Shown: piece after piece, positions 50,779 through 58,689 of the stretch
Position numbering within the stretch: the stretch's first letter is position 1
How the letters are laid out: each line of letters begins with the position of its first letter
Source: an uncultured Syntrophomonadaceae bacterium
Lineage (GTDB): Bacteria; Bacillota; Dethiobacteria; DTU022
Length of the DNA: 64,000 nucleotides
Assembly (NCBI GenBank): GCA_964389365.1
Contig: CAYMDO010000008.1
Span: forward strand, 5,231 to 69,230
Reading direction: 5' to 3'
Made by a program: the position numbers and the translations under genes
Notes under the pieces: model-generated
The model's database searches: none
Seen by the model: only the letters and a program-made list of their open reading frames with translations
Told to the model about the DNA's origin: nothing

Positions 50779-51534
50779 TTACAGCCCCAGGCCCTTAAAA
50801 AGCCTATGGGCGGCCAAAACTGCCGGTGAATCCGCCGGCAGGCCGAAGAGGGCCTTTGCGTTAAGATCGTATTCGGCAACGCCGGAATCATAAGGTATTT
50901 CACCGTATAACTCCAACCCCGTGCTTTCCACCTCCCGGCCCAGCTGTTCGGTATCGCCCTCGCGGCTGCGGCCGATCACCAGTCCCATTCGGGAGACGGA
51001 TATCTGCACGTTGTCAACAATCTCTTTTACCCTGCCGGCGGAGCGAACACCGCGGGCTGAAGAGTCGCTGGTAACCAACAGCAGGTCAAGCATCGGCAGC
51101 AAGCGGCGGCTCAGGTGCTCAAGACCGGCTTCATTATCGATAACCATGTAATCATAACTTTTGCTTAGTTTTTCGAGGTACCCCTTAAGCAGGTCATTGG
51201 GGTAACAGTAGCAGCCCGGCCCCTGGGGGTTCCCCATCACCAGCAGATCAAAAGCGTCCTCTTCCACCATTGCCCGCATCAGACGCGATTCGATAAATAT
51301 ATCTTTTGTCATACCTGTGGGCACTGCGTTTGGCTTCTTGGTTTCTTCAATAATAGTACCGATCGTATCATGGACAGTAACGCCCAAAGCCTCGTTTAAG
51401 TTGGCGTTGGCGTCGGCATCAACAGCCAGGATGCTTTTGCCCGGGTTACTTTCGATCAGGTAGCGGATCAGCAAGGCTGAAAGAGTTGTTTTTCCGGTAC
51501 CGCCTTTGCCTGCAACTGCTATACGTTTGGTCAT
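50779..51534 (-). CDS. CooC/AcsF-like MinD-family P-loop NTPase (metal-centre maturation ATPase type)
   Basis: MTKRIAVAGKGGTGKTT deviant Walker A, ..AVDADANANL.., ..GCYCYPN.. (a CxC metal-binding-like motif, as in CooC). Confidence 0.75.
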   Translation of the reverse strand: MTKRIAVAGKGGTGKTTLSALLIRYLIESNPGKSILAVDADANANLNEALGVTVHDTIGTIIEETKKPNAVPTGMTKDIFIESRLMRAMVEEDAFDLLVMGNPQGPGCYCYPNDLLKGYLEKLSKSYDYMVIDNEAGLEHLSRRLLPMLDLLLVTSDSSARGVRSAGRVKEIVDNVQISVSRMGLVIGRSREGDTEQLGREVESTGLELYGEIPYDSGVAEYDLNAKALFGLPADSPAVLAAHRLFKGLGL

Positions 51535-51592
51535 CTACGGTTTGTCCCCTTTCAATTACTGCACCTGTCCATCAGTTTCCTGGCAAAACCGG

Positions 51593-52921
51593 CTAGAGCC
51601 TGCCGGCCAGAACCTCTTCCAGCTGGGCGATTGTGCTGCATGGCCACATTTCAGCCAACTCCGATACCATGACAACGGAGCGGTAGTCGGCCCAGCGATC
51701 AGGCGGCAGCGGGTTGAGCCAGATTACCCGCCTGACGCGCTCTTTAATTTTAGCCAGTTCTTTTATCGATTGATCTAGCGCTACAGTTTTCGTATCGCTG
51801 ACTATGATCAGCGTGGTTTTCATATTGACCCGGTCGGGGTAATCAGTCATCAACCTGCCGAGAGCCCGGCTGATATCAGTTCCCCCGCCCCAGTTGCCGC
51901 TGCGCCGGATCACCCTGTCCAGCAGGTTGTTTAAGACTATCTTACCCTTAATCCCGGCATCTAGGTTTTCAAGGTTATCAGAAAAGCTGAAGCAGGAAAG
52001 ATCCCTGACTGCCTCGTGCAGGCCGTAAAGAAAATGGATAACAAAAGAGCTGTAGCTTTTCATTGACGCCGATACATCACAGAGCAATAAAATCTGCTCC
52101 CTGGTGCGCCGTTTCGGCCTGCGCCTGATCTTAAAAAGAAGCCCGCCGTACTGCATGTTGTCGCGAATCGAACGACGGAAGTCCAACGGCCCGCTGCGCG
52201 GGCCGCAGCGGCGGCGGCGCAGGATTTTTACAGCCAGCTTCCTGGACAGTCTTTGCATAAGAAGTTCAGCTGCCGGCAGGTCTGAGGCCGCTATGGCGGC
52301 AATATCTATTTCGCGCAGGTAATCACCGGCATCCCCGACGCTGCCGGTGCCATCAGCCGCGCCGGAGAATTCTGCGCGGTTGTGTTTTTCAGCATCGCGG
52401 TTGCGGCAGTAGCGCAAATGGCTTTTTACTACCGTTTCCAAAACCGGTTTAAAGCGCTGCTCGACATTTTTGCCGTTTTCAGTTTTCTGCATAAACTCTT
52501 TCAGCTGACTGCGCTGATCGGCAGAAAGGGAGCTGTACTGCTGCAGTTCCTCGAGGCTCAGCTGCAGTGCCTCGCCCTTGAACCGCAAATCCCGGTTGGC
52601 TTCTTCCAACCGTCTCTTAAACTCATACTCCCGGCGGCCGAGCTCTTCTTTGCGCAATAACTGCTCTTCAGGAGTCAGGAAAAATTGATCAAAAACCCTG
52701 GTAAATACTGCCTGGTCGCGCCTGCTTTTCACCATTGCAGCCTGCAGGGTTGACTTAAACTGCGCCCGCGATGCGAGGTCAATCAGCTCAAGCGCCTTCA
52801 AGGCATCGATCACTTCAGCCGTGCCCACGGGCAGGCCCTCATTGCGAAGCAGGCCGGTAAAAATGGTTAGATTCATCTCAAAGCGGCCAGGCCCCTGTTT
52901 GCCTGTCAGCTGCAGCTGCAC
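51593..52921 (-). CDS. VWA domain protein, CoxE-like
   Basis: The C-terminal VWA has a MIDAS motif (LLLCDVSASM), ..WGGGTDI.., ..IIVSDTK.., ..VIWLNPLPPDRW.., which I recall as the CoxE-type pattern. The start is uncertain (52921 or ATG 52876). Confidence 0.8.
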   Translation of the reverse strand: MQLQLTGKQGPGRFEMNLTIFTGLLRNEGLPVGTAEVIDALKALELIDLASRAQFKSTLQAAMVKSRRDQAVFTRVFDQFFLTPEEQLLRKEELGRREYEFKRRLEEANRDLRFKGEALQLSLEELQQYSSLSADQRSQLKEFMQKTENGKNVEQRFKPVLETVVKSHLRYCRNRDAEKHNRAEFSGAADGTGSVGDAGDYLREIDIAAIAASDLPAAELLMQRLSRKLAVKILRRRRCGPRSGPLDFRRSIRDNMQYGGLLFKIRRRPKRRTREQILLLCDVSASMKSYSSFVIHFLYGLHEAVRDLSCFSFSDNLENLDAGIKGKIVLNNLLDRVIRRSGNWGGGTDISRALGRLMTDYPDRVNMKTTLIIVSDTKTVALDQSIKELAKIKERVRRVIWLNPLPPDRWADYRSVVMVSELAEMWPCSTIAQLEEVLAGRL

Positions 52922-53832
52922 GCTTCACCGCCACACTTCTTGTCGATTATAGCCTGCTCAATCCCCTCAGGACCGATCTGGACGGCAAACAGCTGTTGGT
53001 CAGCCCTGGTTTTAAGCAGCAAATTGAGGGTATCGGTAACGACCTTGCCGTCCAGGTGGCTGCGGTCCAGCGCCTGCAGGGCTCTGGTCCAGTCCAGGGT
53101 CTCGGCAATCGAAGGCTTTTTACGCAGGTCCGGCAGACGGCGCAGCCTGGCAACCACCCGGGCGATCTCCCAGGCCAGGCGGTCGGCGATTCCCGGCACC
53201 CTGGCTTTGATAATCTCCACCTCTTTTTCAACCGCGGGGAAATCGAGGTATAAATATAGGCAGCGGCGCTTAAGCCCGTCTGAGAGCTCGCGCTCATTAT
53301 TGCTGGTTAAAACCACTACCGGTATGTTCCTGGCCGGTATCGTGCCCAGCTCCGGAATTGAAACCTGAAAATCGGAGAGCACTTCAAAAAGAAAAGCTTC
53401 AAATTCGGGATCGCACTTGTCAACTTCATCGATCAGCAGCACAGCCTGCCTGTCGGCACGGATTGCCCGCAGGAGCGGACGCTCCAGCAGATAGCGGTCG
53501 GAGAAGAGGTCCTCTTCACGGATTTCCGCCTCTTCCAGGTTGCGGTTCATCTGGATCTTAAGCAGCTGGCGCTGGTAGTTCCACTCGTAGAGCGCTTTTG
53601 TTTCATCCAGACCTTCGTAGCACTGCAGACGGATTAGTTCAGAACCGATGGCCCGGGCCAGCACTTTGCCCATTTCCGTTTTGCCCACTCCCGGCGCCCC
53701 TTCAATCAGCAGCGGTTTCTTCAGTTCCAGGGCTAGAAAGACCGTAAGCACGGTTTGCTCTTCACAGATATAGCCGGCCTCTTTAAAACTGTTCCTTAGT
53801 TCACCCAGGGATAAACCCATAAATGCCATCAT
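52906..53832 (-). CDS. MoxR-class AAA+ ATPase, CoxD-like
   Basis: LLIEGAPGVGKT Walker A, VLLIDEVDK Walker B, about 308 aa. Paired with the downstream VWA gene. Confidence 0.85.
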   Translation of the reverse strand: MMAFMGLSLGELRNSFKEAGYICEEQTVLTVFLALELKKPLLIEGAPGVGKTEMGKVLARAIGSELIRLQCYEGLDETKALYEWNYQRQLLKIQMNRNLEEAEIREEDLFSDRYLLERPLLRAIRADRQAVLLIDEVDKCDPEFEAFLFEVLSDFQVSIPELGTIPARNIPVVVLTSNNERELSDGLKRRCLYLYLDFPAVEKEVEIIKARVPGIADRLAWEIARVVARLRRLPDLRKKPSIAETLDWTRALQALDRSHLDGKVVTDTLNLLLKTRADQQLFAVQIGPEGIEQAIIDKKCGGEACSCS

Positions 53833-54000
53833 TCCTTCTAGTTGTTTTTCAATTAAAAATGTCTCTTACAATGCCGTTTTAATGATACTACAAAGCAGGG
53901 AGGCGGGCAAACAATAAACGCGGGTACTGCCGATATATTTATTGCAATATGATAAAATACAATCGTTCCTGAAGCAATTCCAAAAATGGGAGGTTCTATC

Positions 54001-54876
54001 GTGAAATATAGCGGTCAGTCGGAAACCGGCAGGATTGAAGCAATTTTGATGAAAAAACCGGAGGCGGCCTGGATCAGCCAGCAGAATACTGACAGCCAGT
54101 GGCGGCAGCTTAATTATCCGTCAGCCCCCGATTATGAAAAAGCACTCGACGAATACAGCCGGTTTGCCGCAATTATCGAAAACCATGTCGGGGAGGTGCA
54201 CTACCTGCCCGAAGACGGCAGTGTCGGCCTCGATTCAATCTACACCCACGACCCGGTGATTATAACCCAAAAAGGGGCCATCCTCTGCAGCATGGGCAAA
54301 AAAGAGCGTGTACCGGAACCGCAGGCCGCCGCACGATATCTGCAGGGCATTGGTATGCCGGTAATCGGAGAAATTAAAGCCCCCGGCAGAGTCGAGGGCG
54401 GCGATATCGTCTGGTTTGACGATGATACAGTTGCGGTCGGGATTGGCTACCGCACCAACCGCGAAGGGATTGCCCAGCTGCGGAAGCTGACAGAAGGCCT
54501 AGTCAGGGAAGTTATAGAGGTGCCGCTGCCGCACGGTAACGGGCCTGCTGAGTGCCTGCACCTGATGTCGATGATCAGCCCGATAGACCGCGACCTGGCC
54601 GTGGTCTATTCACCGCTGATGGTGGTACCGTTCCGCGAGCTGCTGATTGAAAAGGGAATCAGGTTTGTCGAGGTGCCGGCTGAAGAATACGACACATTCG
54701 GCTGCAACGTGCTGGCGCTGGCCCCGCGCAAATGCGTGATCATCGCCGGCAACCCGAAGACCAAAGCCGGCCTGGAAGAAGCCGGAGCCACCGTGTACGA
54801 ATACCCGGGCGAGGATGTTTCAATCAAGGGGGGCGGCGGCCCGACCTGCCTCACCCGCCCGCTGCTGCGCACCTGA
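54001..54876 (+). CDS. amidinotransferase-superfamily hydrolase (dimethylarginine dimethylaminohydrolase / arginine deiminase-like)
   Basis: GGGAGG lies 7 nt before GTG 54001. ..DSIYTHDP.., ..GGDIVWFDD.. and C-terminal ..IKGGGGPTCLTRPL (catalytic Cys motif of the guanidino-modifying fold). The size (~291 aa) fits DDAH better than ADI. Confidence 0.7.
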   Translation: MKYSGQSETGRIEAILMKKPEAAWISQQNTDSQWRQLNYPSAPDYEKALDEYSRFAAIIENHVGEVHYLPEDGSVGLDSIYTHDPVIITQKGAILCSMGKKERVPEPQAAARYLQGIGMPVIGEIKAPGRVEGGDIVWFDDDTVAVGIGYRTNREGIAQLRKLTEGLVREVIEVPLPHGNGPAECLHLMSMISPIDRDLAVVYSPLMVVPFRELLIEKGIRFVEVPAEEYDTFGCNVLALAPRKCVIIAGNPKTKAGLEEAGATVYEYPGEDVSIKGGGGPTCLTRPLLRT

Positions 54877-55023
54877 AATTTGACACAGGACAGTTGAAGC
54901 CGATGCCAGCCGGTGCTAAAGATCCGAGTATGCCCTGACCAGCTTCCCCCGGCTTCCAACCTTTTGCCTCTATATATCGAGTCCCCCACCTGCCGGCAGG
55001 CGTGATTTTTATCACCACTACTA

Positions 55024-56493
55024 TTACCTTATGCCCAGTTCTTCCTCCCTGGCAGCAATAACCGCCAGCAGTTCTTCGTGCACCCCGCCCGGCAGGGGAT
55101 CGGGCCGGTGAGTCTCCAGGATCTCCCGTGCCTTCTCATCACATACGGCAGCAAGATCCTTTGCGCCCTTTTCGTTCCAAAACTGCCGCATCCGCCGGTC
55201 GATATATAGCGGGCTGGACAGTTTGCGCATATGATGATAAGTATGATCCTCGGCTAAAAAGTGGCCACGCGCGCCTACGCTTTTGATCACGTCAACAGCC
55301 AGGGTATCATCGGTAACAGGGATCCCCTCCAGCACCTTCCTGGTCATGGCAATAATCTCGTTATCCATGACCAGCTGGCCGAAACTCATCGTCAGGCCCA
55401 TCTCAAGCATCCCCCCGCCGTAAATCATATTGGCACCTGCCAGGGCCGGCAACAGGGTGGTGAGTGTCTTTTCATGGCCCGACTGAGCATCGGATAGTTT
55501 CGAATCGCCCTACGTGCCCGCCACATAGCTGGGCAGCAGGTACATCTGGGCCAGCTTGGCTACAGCCGCGCTGATCAAGCCAAGCTCCGGGCAGCCAACT
55601 GTTGCCGTGGTCTGTTTCAGGTCGATCATCGAAGTCGAACTGCCGTACATTACCGGGGCTCCTTTCCTGGTTAACTGGGCGAGCACAATGCCGCCGAGTA
55701 CCTCCGCATTGTGGGTAACCAGCGTCCCGGCCAGCGTGACCGGCGAGGTGGCGCCTGCAAGTGCCATCGAGAGTATGTTCTGGGGCAGGTTGGCCCGGGC
55801 ATATTCGATGATCGGGTCGGCGCAGCCTTCCGAAATGGTTAAAGGGCTCTGTGGGCAGGTGCAGCCGGAGACAATCGGCCGCTCTTTTAACTGTTCACGC
55901 CCCCCCGCCACCGCTGCCGCCATTTCGATCAGCAGCTGTGCCGAGCGCTTATCATGACAGGGCTGGGGCACATGCTTGGTTGTATTCGACACCGTAACCT
56001 CGTAGTTGTGCAGGCTTTCCATCTCGGGGTGCACGTCGCGGGGGGCAACAGTATTTTCAAGCATGTCGTACTGGTCGAGGGCATCGACCAGGCGGGCCAC
56101 ATCGCCCTTATCCTTCTTGGTCGATTTGCGGTATTCTCCGCTGTACGGATCGATAACCATCACCCCTTCGCCGAAGGGGCAGAAATTGACGCGGCCGCTC
56201 TCCAGCACAATATCGTGCTTCGGGTCGCGCCCGGCAAGAAAGACCTTTTTCGGGGCGCTGCCGATCGCTTCCTCCACAATATGGGCCGGTATTTTAACGA
56301 TCCGGCTGTCCCGATCCACATTGCAACCCCCGCCCTCGTAAATATCTATGGCGTTGTTGCTCTGGACAAAAAGCCCGGTATATTCCAGCACCTCCAGCGT
56401 AGCGTCATGGATCATCTCTAAATCCGAATCGGAAAACAGGCTGAGGCTGCAGCCCAAAAAAGAGCTTCTGCCGGCTATCCGGTTTCTTTTCAT
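55024..56493 (-). CDS. mttB: trimethylamine:corrinoid methyltransferase with in-frame UAG (predicted pyrrolysine)
   Basis: ORFs 55510..56493 and 55024..55452 are in the same frame. The only stop between them is TAG at 55510-55512: ..[48 protein letters not shown]... The joined length is 489 codons with the UAG at codon 328. From memory, Methanosarcina MttB is ~495 aa with Pyl at ~334. Confidence 0.88.
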
Positions 56494-56517
56494 TTACAAT
56501 CACCTGCCTTTAACTGG

Positions 56518-57909
56518 TTATTTTAAGCCGGTCTTCGCTTTAAACCGTTCCACCGAATTGATGCTGATTCCCAGGATCCCTGCAATCCTGATCTTGGCCT
56601 CAATGCCTTTTGCCGCCCCGGGTTCGGGCATCGGGTAGCCGATATCGAGGGACTGCCTCAGTTCGCGCATCACCGAGCAATCACCCAGGTCAAACGGCGT
56701 TACCCCCAATTTGGCGGCAACATAATCTTTTGCCCGGTCGATCTTCAGGCCGCGGGCCAGCTGCATCCTCAACACCAGATCTCCGGCAGTGCGGATACCG
56801 CCCATCCCGACAGCAACTTCCTGTGTAGCCTCGTTGCCGAAAGGATCACCGGAGCCCACCTATAAACCGTCGGCCTTGCCAATCTCGACCAGCGACTTTG
56901 CCGCCCGCGATACAGCATCGACCGGCGGCACCGGCGACAAAGGCGTTGCCCCCACGCCCATGCCTACATTGGCATGGACCGGGATAGAAGCCGCTTCAGC
57001 ACAAGCTTTGACAAAGGTGACCGCCCGTGCCAGGTTCCAGGGAAAAGTCTTATTGCTGTTGGTATTGATCACCGGCCCGAAAATGCTGACCCCGGCTTTC
57101 GCAGCCAGCTCGGCCTGCCGGTGGGGATAGAGCCCGGCCAAACGCTGCCCATCAAACTCAAGTTTACCGTGCATGCCAAGAATAAATTCGCCTGCCATAC
57201 CCATCTCGATCCCCAGGCCGGGGTACTTTTGTTTAATTTCCCTCGCTGCCAGCAGCGCGGCCAGGATATCGGCATCGCCTGAAGCGCCGCAGGTGTCGAG
57301 GTTAATGCCGTCGGCGCCGGCAGCATACATACCCCCGGCTATATAGACTATATCCCTGACAGCCAACTCGACAGCTTTTTCCTGCGCCTCCCGCGCCTCC
57401 ATAATTTTACCAAGCGGCAACAGCTCCGACCAGTTCTCGACCGGGCCGTCAGGTTTGGTGTAGAGGCCCAGGTTGGGCATCGCCCCGTAAAGAACCGGCA
57501 TAATCGAGTTCACCTGCACATTTTCCATTACCTTGGCTTCATCGTGCAGGATTGCTTTCACCGATTTAAAACTGTAGTCTATGTTGCCCAGGTCAAGCGA
57601 GTCGGCCGCGAGCACCTTTTCATGGACCTGGATCGCCGTGGCCCGGTCAAGCGAAATATTAGCCTGGTAGTTAATCTTGAAAGCCCCTGAATCAGAAGAG
57701 GTAACAATCTCTTTCCCCCTGACCACACTGGCCACATTAACCGGTGAAGTAACTATCTCAAACAGGTAATCGAGCTCATCGGCATTAAGCTCCGGGATCT
57801 TTCCCCGGTCGGCCGCATCGCGAGTGCCGCTTTCAAGCTCATCCTTAATCTCTGCAGCGCTTAAGCGCACCGCTGATCCGTCGCCCATGCGGGTTAAAAA
57901 TGATTCCAA
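56518..57909 (-). CDS. mtbB: dimethylamine:corrinoid methyltransferase with in-frame UAG (predicted pyrrolysine)
   Basis: ORFs 56860..57963 and 56518..56859 abut in the same frame across TAG 56860-56862: ..EIGKADGL-TAG-(V)GSGDPFGNEATQ... The likely start is TTG 57909, 8 nt after AGAGGTG, giving MESFLTRMGDGS... The joined product is 463 codons with the UAG at codon ~350. From memory, archaeal MtbB is ~467 aa with Pyl at ~356. Confidence 0.88.
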
Positions 57910-58136
57910 AACAGCAACACCTCTTTCAGCTATCATGCCCAGACGGCAGCTAAAGTAAACCACTCTAATAATTCATGATCAACTGCCGTTCTCCTCTAAC
58001 AAAAAAAGATCGGCAGGATGATGTTCAGGCCGGCAAAAGAGGTGGCTGCGGGAAATCCACCCCGGGCAGGGTAATCCTGAGTTTGCAGGAACCTGCCTTG
58101 GGCAATAATAACTTGATAACCTTACAGACAGAGTTT

Positions 58137-58163
58137 TATACGTTCTATACGTTCTATACGTTC
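58137..58163. repeat. three perfect tandem copies of a 9-bp unit (tatacgttc) upstream of mtbB
   Basis: tatacgttc tatacgttc tatacgttc, about 230 nt upstream of the mtbB start, in the only sizeable non-coding stretch before the operon. Confidence 0.85.
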
Positions 58164-58251
58164 TGCTTCAGATTACAAAGAAAGCAGTTACAATGACTAT
58201 ATACAACCGCGTAAAGGCCAGATAACGGATACAGAATTTGCTTTAAGTCTG

Positions 58252-58515
58252 ATGAGCAGAAAGCAGTTTGCAGAATACCACAATGAGGGTGGCGACGAGA
58301 AGTGCTTGGATATACGGGATGTGAAGAGGGTCGGTGACAGCAAGGCTCAGGCTATACTTCAGGCTGTCAGCCAATGTGGTGATGCATCCGAGTTTCAGGG
58401 ATTGCCGCGTGAGAAGAGGGACCGGTATTTGGTTCACTTGAAAGAGAAGGGGTTATCTGTGAGCCAGATCGAAAGATTGACAGGTGTAAACAGGGGAGTT
58501 GTACGGAAGGCATAA
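58252..58515 (+). pseudogene. orphan C-terminal fragment of a transposase-like protein (HTH tail)
   Basis: 87 aa. ..AQAILQAVSQCGDASEFQGLPREKRDRYLVHLKEKGLSVSQIERLTGVNRGVVRKA resembles, from memory, the C-terminal tail of IS200-like/REP-associated Y1 transposase-like proteins of Firmicutes. No catalytic domain is present. Confidence 0.35.
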
Positions 58516-58534
58516 TCGTGTTGTCAAACCCCCG

Positions 58535-58564
58535 TCCCCCCGGCACGCTTCCCCCCGGCACGCT
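58535..58564. repeat. perfect tandem duplication of a 15-bp unit (tccccccggcacgct)
   Basis: Copies at 58535-58549 and 58550-58564, directly downstream of the transposase-like fragment. Confidence 0.85.
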
Positions 58565-58689
58565 ATTATTCATGCCCTCTTCATCGCATTATTTAATTCA
58601 TTCTTAAAAGTTTGCCATAAGAAAGGATTCTGACAACTTGCCAGCGAATTGATTAGCTGTTTATACAATCAGTAGGAGGAGGATTTGAG

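Noticed and set aside
53833-53985. Divergent promoter between the MoxR gene and the DDAH-like gene (TGaTAAAAT at about 53950).
   Set aside because: There is an extended -10-like string, but I could find no -35 and no second promoter for the opposite strand. It is not reportable as a feature without transcript data.
54985-55010. Bidirectional terminator between the convergent DDAH-like and mttB genes (cctgccggcagg palindrome followed by attttta).
   Set aside because: The palindrome leaves essentially no loop and the stem is only 4-6 bp, which is too weak to call.
58084-58097. Sigma-54-like element upstream of mtbB on the minus strand (GGCAGGTTCCTGCA).
   Set aside because: The GG..GC spacing is one nucleotide shorter than the canonical -24/-12 geometry, which is normally invariant.
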